The translations under genes and the position numbers were made by a program. This document shows, in pieces, positions 1 through 10,189 of a stretch of DNA of 64,000 bases; position 1 is the first letter of the stretch, and the number at the start of each line of letters is the position of its first letter. The notes beneath the pieces were generated by a model, which saw only the letters and a list, made by a program, of their open reading frames with translations, did not search any database and was not told the origin of the DNA. The DNA lies in NCBI GenBank assembly GCA_900546745.1, contig URDT01000003.1, forward strand, positions 125 through 64,124, read 5' to 3'. This stretch comes from an uncultured Mycoplasmatota bacterium. GTDB taxonomy: Bacteria > Bacillota_I > Bacilli_A > RF39 > UBA660.

Positions 1-2
1 GT

Positions 3-563
3 AGTATTAGTAATGGAAGTATTAGTAAAATATTAATCAATCAAAATAAGTTAATCAGTGGCTTAAATACTAATTTGAATAATAAAGCGAATAGTAGTGA
101 TTTATCAAAATATGCTTTAGCTAGTCAATTAAATGTTTTAAATACAAAATTAGATGGAAAAGCTAACATATCACATAATCACGATGATCGATATTATACG
201 GAATCAGAGGTAATTTCTTTGATAACAAATAATTCTGTAAAATCAGTTATAGTAGAAACATCGGGTGTAGCATCAACAGAATGTAATGATAGTACTAAAT
301 TTGGTATGTATAAATACTTTGGTTATACAGATGGTACAGCTGTAAGAGATAAATATAATGAGTTAGCAAATGCCGGTCATAAAATTTTAGGTGGTGCGAT
401 TGTTAGAGGTGGCTTAACAGATAGTCAAACGTATGGTAACAGTGCTTCTCATGATGCTATTACAGCAGGATATAATAGATATGGAGAAGTTCCATATCAA
501 ATAGCATTTTATTCTGCGGCATATCAAACAATCCGATATGATATTGTAATTTACTATATATAA
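3..563 (+). CDS. phage tail-fibre-like protein, C-terminal part (5' end upstream of window)
   Basis: Frame of the listed ORF (75-563) stays open back to nt 3. Motif SHNHDDRYYTESE and the Ser/Asn/Thr-rich sequence resemble phage tail-fibre or receptor-binding proteins. A hairpin terminator follows. Confidence 0.5.
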   Translation, partial: SISNGSISKILINQNKLISGLNTNLNNKANSSDLSKYALASQLNVLNTKLDGKANISHNHDDRYYTESEVISLITNNSVKSVIVETSGVASTECNDSTKFGMYKYFGYTDGTAVRDKYNELANAGHKILGGAIVRGGLTDSQTYGNSASHDAITAGYNRYGEVPYQIAFYSAAYQTIRYDIVIYYI

Positions 564-592
564 AAAGGTACTTTTATGAAAGTGCCTTTTTA
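563..592. terminator. hairpin terminator between convergent genes
   Basis: AAGGTACTTT/AAAGTGCCTT stem (one G.U pair) flanked by an A-run and a T-run. Confidence 0.5.
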
Positions 593-1174
593 TATGATTA
601 ATTTGTCTGTTTTGCTCATAGATATAGTAATATTGGATAGTTTTTCAAAAATATTTTGATATTCATTACATGGAATATAGAGTGTGTATTCTATTGTCTC
701 ATGAAATTGTTTTGTTAAAATATTATAGTCTTTTAAGTAATAATCAATATATTTTTGATTTTGATAAGAAAATTCAATTTTAGTTAAAAAACATTCCTTT
801 AAATCATAAATATCAGCTAATTCTAAACAATTTGTTACTGATTTTGTATAGGCTCTTACAAGTCCACCAGCTCCTAATTTAATACCGCCAAAATAACGAA
901 TTACAACACATAAAATATAATTTAATTGATTATTGTCTAATACATTTAAAATGGGAAGCCCAGCTGTTCCACTTGGTTCACCATCATCACTAAAACGTTT
1001 AATATTATCAATGATATATGCGTAGCAGTAGTGTGTTGCGTTAGGATACTGAATTTTTAATTTATTTAATATAGGTTCTATTTCGTTGTTAGAATGAACT
1101 TTTATCATTTTAGTAATAAACTTTGATTTTTGAATTAAATAGATAGATTCTACATTTTGATTAATTGATTTCAT
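590..1174 (-). CDS. yigZ: YigZ / IMPACT family protein
   Basis: GEPSGTAGLPILNVL and IRYFGGIKLGAGGLVRAY motifs typical of UPF0029/YigZ. Start chosen at MKSINQ behind a GGTGA RBS. Confidence 0.8.
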   Translation of the reverse strand: MKSINQNVESIYLIQKSKFITKMIKVHSNNEIEPILNKLKIQYPNATHYCYAYIIDNIKRFSDDGEPSGTAGLPILNVLDNNQLNYILCVVIRYFGGIKLGAGGLVRAYTKSVTNCLELADIYDLKECFLTKIEFSYQNQKYIDYYLKDYNILTKQFHETIEYTLYIPCNEYQNIFEKLSNITISMSKTDKLII

Positions 1175-1254
1175 AAAAATCACCATACAAATTATAACGT
1201 ATTCCTTTATTTTTTACAATTCTATTGTATAATATAAGTATGGTAGGTGAGAAA

Positions 1255-1800
1255 ATGATATATGAAGAAAGAACTTTTATAACAGAACAACAAATTATGC
1301 AATTATTAGATTATTTTGAAAAAAATGCCTCTCAAAAAAGAGAAGAAAAACAAGTTATTTACGATTATCATACAGAAGGAAATTTTAGATTAATTAAAAC
1401 TAAAAATTATGTTAAAATAGACTTTAAGCCAAATAGTGCGATTGAAAAAGAAAATCAAGTTTATATTACGAAACAATATGAAAATGATCTAACAAATATT
1501 TTTACAAAAATTGGATTATCTATTGATTTAAAACGTTTCCGTATTCGTCATCAATATATATATCATCATTTATTTATTTCAATTGATGATAATATTAAAA
1601 CAGGAAATGTATTTCGAATTAAATTTCATTATGAAACTGAACTAGAAAAAGCCACAAAATTGGAAGAACTATCTAGAATTTTTCAAGAACTTTCTATTGA
1701 AAAAACAGATATTTCAAAGTTTGAAGAATTATATGCGAAATATAGAATGGATTGGTATGATTTAACAAAAGATATTGATGAACAAGAATTTTTAAAATAA
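1255..1800 (+). CDS. hypothetical protein
   Basis: Long ORF. Start placed at the ATG behind an AGGTGA RBS. No motif recognised. Confidence 0.5.
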   Translation: MIYEERTFITEQQIMQLLDYFEKNASQKREEKQVIYDYHTEGNFRLIKTKNYVKIDFKPNSAIEKENQVYITKQYENDLTNIFTKIGLSIDLKRFRIRHQYIYHHLFISIDDNIKTGNVFRIKFHYETELEKATKLEELSRIFQELSIEKTDISKFEELYAKYRMDWYDLTKDIDEQEFLK

Positions 1801-1812
1801 AAGGTGATTACT

Positions 1813-3576
1813 ATGGATTATATTAAGCAAAAATTATCGTTAGTTCCTAATAAACCAGGATGCTATCAAATGAAAAATAAAGATGGTGTTATTATTTATG
1901 TAGGAAAAGCTAAAAAATTAAAGAATCGACTATCTTCTTACTTTAGAGGAACTCATACTGGTAAAACAGCTAGATTAGTAAGTGAAATTACTGATTTTGA
2001 ATATGTTGTTGTTGGTAGTGAAAAGGAGTCTTTAATTTTAGAAAATAATTTAATAAAGAAATATGATCCTAAGTATAATATATTACTTCGTGATGATAAA
2101 AGTTATCCTTATATTGAATTGACCGAAGAAAAAATTCCAAGATTATTAATTGTAAGAAATCTACATAAAAAAGGCCATGGAAAGTTATATGGCCCTTATC
2201 CTAATGTAACGGCAGCTAGAAACACTGTTAACTTATTAAACAGAATGTATCCTTTGAGAAAATGTAAAAATTTTGCGAAAAAACCTTGTCTTTATTATCA
2301 TATAGGTGAATGTTTAGGTTATTGTGCGAATGAAGTAGATCAAAACAAAATTCAACAAATGAAAAAAGATATTACAACATTTCTAAAAGGAGATTATTCA
2401 TTAATTACAAAAAAACTAGAAGAAGAAATGTATTTACAAAGTGAAAAAATGAATTATGAAAAAGCTTTAGAACTTAAGGAACTTCGAGATTATATCCAGG
2501 TTACTTTAGATAAACAGAAAGTAGAAATTAGAGATGATATTGATCGAGACATTTTTGGATTTTACACAAATAAGGGATATTTATCTATTCAAATATTTTT
2601 TATTCGAGCAGGAAAAATTATAGAACGACATTCTAAAATTATTCCTTTAATTGATGATGTTTCTTCAGAATTAACTCGTTATATTGTTAATGTTTATCAA
2701 AATAATTTTATTTTACCAAAAGAGATATTAGTTCCTGATATTGTTGATTCAGAGTTAATTAGTAGTTATTTAAATGTTGCTGTAAGAATACCAATACGAG
2801 GTGAAAAATTAAGATTGATTGAGATGGCTAATAAAAATGCTTCTATCACTTTAGAAAATGAATTTGAGTTAATTGAAAGAGATGAAAATAGAACTTATGT
2901 TGCAAATCAAGAATTAAAACAAGTTCTCCAATTACCTTCTTTAGAGAGAATAGAATTGTTTGATAATTCTCATTTGTTTGGAACATATAGTGTTAGTGGA
3001 ATGGTTGTTTTTATTGATGGGAAACCAGCTAAAAATGAATATCGCAAGTATAAAATAAAAGTAGATACCAATGATGAATATGGTATGATGAAAGAGGTAA
3101 TTTATCGAAGATATTTTAGAGTCTTGAAAGATCATTTAAGACAACCAGATTTAATCGTTGTAGATGGTGGAATTGGTCAGATTCATATTGCTCGTGAAAT
3201 TATCCATAGCTTAGGTCTTTCTATTACTATAGTAGGTTTAAAGAAGGATGATCATCATGCAACTAATAGTTTGCTTGCTTTTGATCCAATTGTAGAAGTC
3301 CCTATTGATAAAAAAAGTAATTTGTTTTATTTTTTGGAGAGAATGCAAGATGAAGTACACAATTTTACAATTCATTATCACCAACAACTTCGTAGTAAAG
3401 GATCATTGAGTAGTATCTTAGATCAAGTAGAAGGAATTGGAACTGTAAGAAGACAAGAATTATTGAAAAAATATAAAACTATTTCTAAAATGAAAGAGTT
3501 AACAGTAGAGGATTTATCAAGTATTTTACCTGAAACTGTTGCTTCAAATTTAGTAGAATTTTTAAAAAATTATTAA
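1813..3576 (+). CDS. uvrC: excinuclease ABC subunit C
   Basis: N-terminal GIY-YIG (PGCYQMKNKDGVIIYVGKAKKLKNRLSSYF), UVR domain, C-terminal HhH, about 590 aa. Confidence 0.95.
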   Translation: MDYIKQKLSLVPNKPGCYQMKNKDGVIIYVGKAKKLKNRLSSYFRGTHTGKTARLVSEITDFEYVVVGSEKESLILENNLIKKYDPKYNILLRDDKSYPYIELTEEKIPRLLIVRNLHKKGHGKLYGPYPNVTAARNTVNLLNRMYPLRKCKNFAKKPCLYYHIGECLGYCANEVDQNKIQQMKKDITTFLKGDYSLITKKLEEEMYLQSEKMNYEKALELKELRDYIQVTLDKQKVEIRDDIDRDIFGFYTNKGYLSIQIFFIRAGKIIERHSKIIPLIDDVSSELTRYIVNVYQNNFILPKEILVPDIVDSELISSYLNVAVRIPIRGEKLRLIEMANKNASITLENEFELIERDENRTYVANQELKQVLQLPSLERIELFDNSHLFGTYSVSGMVVFIDGKPAKNEYRKYKIKVDTNDEYGMMKEVIYRRYFRVLKDHLRQPDLIVVDGGIGQIHIAREIIHSLGLSITIVGLKKDDHHATNSLLAFDPIVEVPIDKKSNLFYFLERMQDEVHNFTIHYHQQLRSKGSLSSILDQVEGIGTVRRQELLKKYKTISKMKELTVEDLSSILPETVASNLVEFLKNY

Positions 3577-3634
3577 AAAGACTCGTATTTTTTTTAAAGT
3601 ATGTTATAATATACGTCAATAAGGGGGAGTATAT

Positions 3635-4033
3635 ATGAAAATTAAGGATCCAAAGAAGATTAATATTATGATTAATGGTGATGAAAGTGACCGTGAAGAA
3701 ATTATCTATAATAATATTATTTCCAATTTGAATTTAACGACTGAGGAGCAATTAGCTTACCTAAAAAATAGAAACTTAATTTTAGAATTAGAATTAAAAA
3801 ATAGAAGATTAACGGCATTGTTAAGTTTTATCAGTTTAGTAGGAATTACTCTTGGAATTATTTTATTAATTCAAAATATTTATTTTTTAGGGATATTATT
3901 TATCTTAGTTACTTTTATTGGAGTTATTACGAGATTTTATTTAATGTATAAGAATATGATAGAAAGTAATAAACATTCTGAATTTGAGAAAATTGAACAA
4001 TTAAAAAAATTATTGGAAGAACGTTTAAAATAA
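3635..4033 (+). CDS. hypothetical membrane protein
   Basis: GGGGGAG RBS, two hydrophobic segments, terminator downstream. Confidence 0.6.
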   Translation: MKIKDPKKINIMINGDESDREEIIYNNIISNLNLTTEEQLAYLKNRNLILELELKNRRLTALLSFISLVGITLGIILLIQNIYFLGILFILVTFIGVITRFYLMYKNMIESNKHSEFEKIEQLKKLLEERLK

Positions 4034-4061
4034 AAAAATCTTGATTTTCAAGATTTTTTTA
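4032..4061 (+). terminator. rho-independent terminator
   Basis: AAAAATCTTGA-TTT-TCAAGATTTTT hairpin followed by a T-run. Confidence 0.7.
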
Positions 4062-4101
4062 TTGCTTTTTTGATTATTATATTTTTTTATTAAAGTTTTT
4101 A

Positions 4102-4541
4102 CTATATTTTTTTATTAGAATCTACAAGTGTTTGATATTCATTTCTAACAATGCCATAATCGGTTAGACATCTTTCACCAAATCCCATATTACCAGATTC
4201 GATAATTAATTTACCTTTAAATTCTCTAGAGTGTCCTGTTCCTATCTTTCCACATTTTACGCATTTACATACCCATTTTTGTCTTCCTTAAAATCTATCA
4301 GAATCATCTTCTAAAAAATACCATAAAGGATGTTCACAAGTTGATTGATAAAGTAGGGAATATTCATCTCTTAGACGTGCATATCTTTTTGATAACATAG
4401 ATAAGTCGGTTTCTAATTTTTTATATTTTTTAATACAGGTTTATCTTCTAACACTTTTGTTTCTTCTAAGATATTATGATATTTAGTTTCACATTCATTA
4501 ATCGCTATTTCGTATTCTTTTAGTATTGAGTTTTCTTTCAT
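4102..4541 (-). pseudogene. disrupted gene of unknown function (one homopolymer frameshift plus one in-frame TAA)
   Basis: My reverse-strand translation gives MKENSILKEYEIAINECETKYHNILEETKVLEDKPVLKNIKN*. It continues after a 1-nt shift in the A-runs (plus strand 4415-4432) as LETDLSMLSKRYARLRDEYSLLYQSTCEHPLWYFLEDDSDRF, then an in-frame TAA (4288-4290), then GRQKWVCKCVKCGKIGTGHSREF... Confidence 0.55.
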
Positions 4542-4665
4542 GTATTAAAGCCTTCTTTCTTTTATCATTTTTTTAAATTTATTAATACATAAATTTAAAA
4601 AATATAAGAAAAAGGATAAATTGACTATATTTTATGATATTATTGTAAGTAGATGGAGCTGAGTT

Positions 4666-5787
4666 ATGAAAAAGAATAAAGTTTTAATTGTATGTATATT
4701 ATTTGTTTTACTATTAGTAATTGGTGATATTTTATTATTTAAAAAAAATAAAATTAGTGATCCAAAAAAGGATAATTCTATCACTGATAATGTAACAAAA
4801 GAAGAAAATAATACTATTAATCATAATATTATGTCTATTGTTAAAGAGTCTAATAATAAAATATATGCTTTAACGTATAGTGGCGATGCTATTGAATTAA
4901 TGGATATATCTGAATATAATGGTGGTGTTGTATCTACTTATGATAATGGAAAATTATATTTATACTTATACAAATATGCAGCAGGAAAAACAAATACTCA
5001 AACGGGAGAAGTAGTTCAAGAATCTAAAGACAATAATATATTGGGATATATTGATTTAACTACTAATAATTATAAATTTACAAAATTAGCTGATGTTAAA
5101 ACAAAAGGTAGTCCTGAGTCAATTGCTATAGTTGGTGGTATTATTTATATTTCATCATCTGCCTATGATGAAATATATAAATATAACATTGACACCAAAG
5201 AATTTACTACTTTAAGTGATTTCGATTTTAGTGGGAAAACAGGAGTTCAATTATATACTATTTCGAATAGCAAGCTGGGTTATTCAACTGCTGGCACTAC
5301 TAATGAATCACCATCTATTGGTATAATAGATATTAAAAATGGTTCTAAAAAGATGATTTCTTCAAATGCTAGTTTTGAATATGTATATAATGACAAGATT
5401 ATTTATGTACAATACGATACTTTAAACAATTATTCAAAATGGAAATACTATGAATACAATGTAAAAGATGGTAGTTCTAGACAAATCAGTGATAGTACAA
5501 GTTCTATCACTGGCGTTGATGATTCGTTTATAGTTCCTATTGATAACTATTATGTTTATGTAAATGAAAATACTTTAAATAAATATTCAAATGAAAAAAG
5601 TGAAAAAATATATGAGTTTGATGGCCCAATTGATAGTATAAATTTAATTTCTAGAGATAAATTGAGTATTGTATATAGTGTGGATATGAATATCGAAGCA
5701 AAATACGGTATTTTTGATTTGAATTCATTAACATTTAATGAGAATCAAAATGATATTTCTTATTCAAAAATATTATATTTAAAATAG
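4666..5787 (+). CDS. membrane-anchored extracellular protein (beta-propeller-like repeats?)
   Basis: N-terminal TM or signal anchor (VLIVCILFVLLLVIGDILLF), then a Tyr/Asn/Ser-rich sequence. Family not confirmed. Confidence 0.55.
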   Translation: MKKNKVLIVCILFVLLLVIGDILLFKKNKISDPKKDNSITDNVTKEENNTINHNIMSIVKESNNKIYALTYSGDAIELMDISEYNGGVVSTYDNGKLYLYLYKYAAGKTNTQTGEVVQESKDNNILGYIDLTTNNYKFTKLADVKTKGSPESIAIVGGIIYISSSAYDEIYKYNIDTKEFTTLSDFDFSGKTGVQLYTISNSKLGYSTAGTTNESPSIGIIDIKNGSKKMISSNASFEYVYNDKIIYVQYDTLNNYSKWKYYEYNVKDGSSRQISDSTSSITGVDDSFIVPIDNYYVYVNENTLNKYSNEKSEKIYEFDGPIDSINLISRDKLSIVYSVDMNIEAKYGIFDLNSLTFNENQNDISYSKILYLK

Positions 5788-5924
5788 GTGTAAGAGACGG
5801 TTAGATTATGATATGAAAATCGTCTTTTTATTTTTTATTCTAAATTCAATATTTGAAAATTATATAAAAAAAGCAATCTTACGAAATTGCTTTAAAAAAT
5901 TGGGGTAGGTAACGTAGATTAAAA

Positions 5925-6539
5925 CTATTTTTTTATATATGGATTTGCGGCATAATATAAACTTTTTTGTCTCATAATCTCATTTTGATCCAATTGTGCA
6001 CTAATTTCTTTTTTTAAATTTGTCATATTTTTATTATAATTAATATTACAAATATAATGTAAAATATAAGAATCAACCATTGATAATTGTTCATAATTTC
6101 CTTGATCTTGTTTTATTTTATTACTTAATTGTTCCTTTGGAACTTTGCTTAACCTAGCTATTTCTTGCTTTGCATACTGTAGTTCTTCTAACGTTAGTTT
6201 ACTTAACATTAAATTTTCAATGGATTCATGACTCATATAATCATATACCTTCATAGCATTATCTTCAGAACATTCATTTGTACCATATATTTTGAATAAT
6301 CTAGCAAAAATTTTATTTTTACTATATCTACTAGCTTCTTCAAGTTCTTCATATGATAATTCTGATACTTTTTTAGAATCAAAATATTGTATTCTTTCTT
6401 TTTCAAATTCTGGTTCATAAGATAACCATTTGCTCCATTCGATATTAGGTTGAATATTTTTAAACCCATCTCCACAAATAATTGTTCCACCTGATTTTAT
6501 TATTTCTTTGGCTAAAATTTTACTCAAATTGCTCATCAA
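5925..6539 (-). CDS. hypothetical protein
   Basis: ORF with an AGGAGG RBS. Lies downstream of the kinase-like gene on the same strand. Confidence 0.55.
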   Translation of the reverse strand: MMSNLSKILAKEIIKSGGTIICGDGFKNIQPNIEWSKWLSYEPEFEKERIQYFDSKKVSELSYEELEEASRYSKNKIFARLFKIYGTNECSEDNAMKVYDYMSHESIENLMLSKLTLEELQYAKQEIARLSKVPKEQLSNKIKQDQGNYEQLSMVDSYILHYICNINYNKNMTNLKKEISAQLDQNEIMRQKSLYYAANPYIKK

Positions 6540-6638
6540 TAAACCTCCTAAAATATATAATTATTGTACATGAAAAGCTTTTATATTTCAATAATTATAG
6601 TACAAGTACTGCAGATATCATAATCATTATATGAAATA

Positions 6639-7355
6639 TTACTTTTTAAAAAGTTCTATAGGCTTTTTTACATATTTTAATTTTTTGGAAATTTCATGAA
6701 CAACGTCTGTATTATTTGTTATTTCGATATTAACTAATTCAGTATCAATAAAAGATATAAATTTTCCATAATCTGGTTCGTTTTCTACAGAAAAAGAATT
6801 AATAAAAATACTTCTAAATAATTTTAGTAAATTCTTTTTGTTTAATGTAAATATAGAATCTTTAGAAGAGTCCATAGTATAAAATAAATCCGGATCTATT
6901 ATTATAATACCGTCTTTTCCAATTATGGCGTTATCTCTTTTAATATCATCTGTACATATCATGTTTTCAGAAAATATTTTAAATAGCATTTCTAATTCTT
7001 TAAAATTATCTAATATATAATCTTTGTGTTCAAATAATACATTTACTGAATTATCAGGGTAATATTTGGCTGTATATGCATCGACAGAAGAGGGTAATAT
7101 TTTCATTTTATTTTTTAATAATTCTATAAAATTAAAATTGCTATAAATATCAAATAACTCTACAAAATGAGGATTATTTATATTTTTGAATATATCAAAC
7201 ATTTTTTCATTTATTCTAAAATTATGTGATATTTTTGGATAATACTTTTTAAATATTATTTCTTTATTATGTAATACTTCTGCGCATCCACCATTTCCTA
7301 AAAATTCCATGGAACTTAAATCTATTTTTTTATAATTTCTATTATAATAGGGCAT
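6639..7355 (-). CDS. small protein-kinase-fold protein
   Basis: Collinear kinase-like motifs: LGNGGCAEV (Gly loop), IIFKKY (Lys), TDDIKRDNAI (catalytic loop D-x-K-x-x-N), IIIDPDLF (DFG-like). Confidence 0.5.
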   Translation of the reverse strand: MPYYNRNYKKIDLSSMEFLGNGGCAEVLHNKEIIFKKYYPKISHNFRINEKMFDIFKNINNPHFVELFDIYSNFNFIELLKNKMKILPSSVDAYTAKYYPDNSVNVLFEHKDYILDNFKELEMLFKIFSENMICTDDIKRDNAIIGKDGIIIIDPDLFYTMDSSKDSIFTLNKKNLLKLFRSIFINSFSVENEPDYGKFISFIDTELVNIEITNNTDVVHEISKKLKYVKKPIELFKK

Positions 7356-7461
7356 AATATTTCTCCTTTGAAAAGTAAGGGTATTATAACAAATAAATAT
7401 AGATATATCAATATTGTCTCACAAAAACATAAATGTTAAATATATTGGAATTTTTATTAAT

Positions 7462-7486
7462 AAAAAAACAGTCTTATTTCAGACTG
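7462..7486 (-). terminator. terminator of the tRNA operon
   Basis: CAGTCT-TATT-TCAGACTG hairpin with a T-run on the minus strand. Confidence 0.6.
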
Positions 7487-7527
7487 AATATTTAAAGTTT
7501 GATTTACTCAAACATATATATCAATAA

Positions 7528-7612
7528 TGGTGCGAGTGAAGGGACTTGAACCCCCACGCCGTAAGGCACTAGATCCTAAGTCTAGCGCGTCTGCCAATTT
7601 CGCCACACTCGC
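7528..7612 (-). tRNA. tRNA-Leu (anticodon TAG)
   Basis: Hand-folded cloverleaf: acceptor GCGAGTG/CACTCGC, anticodon loop CTTAGGA, long variable arm, TTCAAGT T-loop, encoded CCA. Confidence 0.85.
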
Positions 7613-7618
7613 AAGTAA

Positions 7619-7695
7619 TGGTGGACCCTGATGGACTCGAACCATCGACCGCCCGGTTATGAGCCGGATGCTCTAACCAACTGAGCTAAGGGTCC
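7619..7695 (-). tRNA. tRNA with CAT anticodon (elongator Met or lysidine-type Ile2)
   Basis: GGACCCT/AGGGTCC acceptor, loop CTCATAA, TTCGAGT T-loop, encoded CCA. The paired 1-72 position argues against an initiator. Overall sequence resembles Firmicute tRNA-Ile2. Confidence 0.8.
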
Positions 7696-7713
7696 GTCAT
7701 TCAAGACTTCTAT

Positions 7714-7742
7714 ATCATAGCATAATAATTATGATTAATCAA
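7714..7742 (-). promoter_or_regulatory. promoter of the tRNA pair
   Basis: TTGATT-17 nt-TATGAT on the minus strand, about 20 nt upstream of the first tRNA. Confidence 0.5.
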
Positions 7743-7813
7743 GAATTAAAATTAAAAAAATATAAAAAGTAACAAAAATCTTTTACTTTATTATATTATA
7801 ATAGGTGATTTTT

Positions 7814-8755
7814 ATGAATAATTTAATTGGAAATACTCCTATGATTCAAATAAAATATCGGTTTAATAATAAAATTGACTATGTAGATGCCAAGCTAGAA
7901 TATTATAATCTTTCTGGTAGTATAAAAGATAGAGTAATATCTTATATCTTAGAGAAAGCAATATCGAGTGGTGAATTACAACAAGGAATGCCTATTATTG
8001 AAGCAACTAGTGGAAATACAGGAATTTCTATAGCAGCAATAGGCGCTTATTACAAACACCCTGTCTATATATTTATGCCAGACTTTGTGAGTGAGGAACG
8101 AAAAAAAATCATGGAACTTTATGGTGCTAAAGTAACTACCTTTTCTAAAGAAGAAGGTGGATTTCAAAAATGTATTGAAGAGGCTAAAAAGAAAACTTTA
8201 GAATTGAGAGGATATTCTACTAACCAATTTGATAATTATGATAATGTTTTAGCACATTACTTTACAACAGGAAAAGAAATTGCTTCTAAATTACCAAATA
8301 TAGATTACTTTGTTTCTGGTATTGGTACAGGAGGAACTCTAATTGGAACAGGAAAATATTTAAAAGAACTTTATGGTACTAAAATAATTGCATTGGAACC
8401 TTCTACTATGGCAATATTAACGAATGGAATCCAGACAGGTCATAAAATAGAAGGAATAGGGGATGATTTTATTCCTAGTATTGTGGATCAAAGTATAATT
8501 GATGATGTAGTATTAATTCATGATGAAGATGCAATTAATATGGCTAGTAAAATAGCTCGTGAATTGGGGATTGGAGTTGGTATTTCATCTGGCGCTAATT
8601 TACTTGCTTCCATTTTAATCAATCATAATAATAAAGTTGTAACAGTATTTCCAGATGATAATAAAAAATATTTGAGTACCGATTTAAATCAAGACTATAG
8701 TCAAAAAAATATAGTGTCTAATGAAATCCAATTATTAGGTTATGAAATACTTTAG
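7814..8755 (+). CDS. cysK: cysteine synthase (O-acetylserine sulfhydrylase)
   Basis: PLP-lysine motif NLSGSIKDR, SGNTGISIA and GIGTGGTL loops, about 313 aa. Confidence 0.9.
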   Translation: MNNLIGNTPMIQIKYRFNNKIDYVDAKLEYYNLSGSIKDRVISYILEKAISSGELQQGMPIIEATSGNTGISIAAIGAYYKHPVYIFMPDFVSEERKKIMELYGAKVTTFSKEEGGFQKCIEEAKKKTLELRGYSTNQFDNYDNVLAHYFTTGKEIASKLPNIDYFVSGIGTGGTLIGTGKYLKELYGTKIIALEPSTMAILTNGIQTGHKIEGIGDDFIPSIVDQSIIDDVVLIHDEDAINMASKIARELGIGVGISSGANLLASILINHNNKVVTVFPDDNKKYLSTDLNQDYSQKNIVSNEIQLLGYEIL

Positions 8756-8787
8756 AATTATGATATAATGAACAATAGGTGATGGAA

Positions 8788-10185
8788 ATGAAATTATATA
8801 ATACTTTGACAAGAAAAATAGAAGATTTTGTTCCAAGAGAAAAAAATGAAGTTAAAATGTATACTTGTGGACCTACAGTGTATCATTATGCTCATATTGG
8901 AAATCTTAGAACCTATATTTTTGAAGATATATTAGAAAAAACACTGAATTATATTGGATATCATGTGAACCGTGTAATGAATATTACAGATGTTGGTCAT
9001 TTAGTCAGTGATTCTGATTCTGGTGAAGATAAGATGTTAAAAGGCGCTAAAAGAGAACATAAAACCGTATTAGAAATTGCTGATTTTTATACAAAAGAAT
9101 TCATGAGTGATATGAAGCTTTTAAATAATAAAATACCAGAAACAGTTAGTAAAGCAACTGATAACATAGAAATGTATTTAAAAATTATTGACCGTTTACT
9201 TGAAAAAGGATATGCTTATCAATCTGGTGGAAATGTATATTTTGATGTTTCTAAGCTGGAAGATTATTACCAATTAACCAATCATAAAATTGATGAGATG
9301 GTTGTCGGAGTAAGAGAGGGTGTAGAAGAAGATAAAAATAAAAAAAATCAAGCCGATTTTGCTTTATGGTTTACAAAGTCTAAATTTGAAGATCAAGAAT
9401 TAAAGTGGGAATCCAAATATGGTACAGGGTATCCAGGATGGCATATCGAATGTTCAGGAATCAGTATTAAGTATTTAGGGGAATACCTAGATATCCATTG
9501 TGGAGGAGTAGATAACATATTTCCTCATCATACAAATGAAATTGCCCAATCAGAAGCTTATTTAGGCCATAAATGGTGCTCTTATTGGTGTCACGGAGAA
9601 CATTTAAATGATGAAACAGGAAAAATGAGTAAGTCAAAAGGAGAATTTTTAACACTTTCTTTATTACAAGAAAAAGGATACTCTCCTTTAGTATATCGAC
9701 TTTTTTGTTTGAATTCTCATTATCGTAAACAATTAGTATTTTCTTATCAAAACTTAGATACTACAAGAACTACTTACGAAAAATTGCTTAGAAAAATAGA
9801 TACCTTATTAGAAAATCCAACAGGAGAAGTTCAAAACACAGATTATCCTAGACAATTTAAAGATGCTTTAAAAGATGACTTAAATACAGCAAATGCTATT
9901 ACAGTATTATATGATGTCTTAAAAGATGAACAATTGACAAATCGTACGAAGTTATCATTAATAAAAGAATTTGATCAAGTGTTATCTTTAAATTTATTAG
10001 ATCGTGAAGAAGAAGTTATAGAAGATGAATTAAAAACATATATATTGACAAAAATAGAAGAAAGAAAACAAGCCAAGGAAAATAAAAATTATGATTTAGC
10101 TGATCAAATTAGAAAAGAACTAGAAGAAAAAAATATTTTCTTAAAAGATACTAGAGAAGGAACAACTTTTGAAATAAAGGAGTAA
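8788..10185 (+). CDS. cysS: cysteine--tRNA ligase
   Basis: HIGN (HIGH) and KMSKS motifs, CGPTVY start, about 465 aa. Confidence 0.95.
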   Translation: MKLYNTLTRKIEDFVPREKNEVKMYTCGPTVYHYAHIGNLRTYIFEDILEKTLNYIGYHVNRVMNITDVGHLVSDSDSGEDKMLKGAKREHKTVLEIADFYTKEFMSDMKLLNNKIPETVSKATDNIEMYLKIIDRLLEKGYAYQSGGNVYFDVSKLEDYYQLTNHKIDEMVVGVREGVEEDKNKKNQADFALWFTKSKFEDQELKWESKYGTGYPGWHIECSGISIKYLGEYLDIHCGGVDNIFPHHTNEIAQSEAYLGHKWCSYWCHGEHLNDETGKMSKSKGEFLTLSLLQEKGYSPLVYRLFCLNSHYRKQLVFSYQNLDTTRTTYEKLLRKIDTLLENPTGEVQNTDYPRQFKDALKDDLNTANAITVLYDVLKDEQLTNRTKLSLIKEFDQVLSLNLLDREEEVIEDELKTYILTKIEERKQAKENKNYDLADQIRKELEEKNIFLKDTREGTTFEIKE

Positions 10186-10189
10186 TAAT

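Noticed and set aside
7696-8787. T-box or riboswitch leader upstream of cysK or cysS
   Set aside because: The leaders are only about 100 nt and about 30 nt. No specifier or T-box sequence, nor any terminator/antiterminator pair, could be found.
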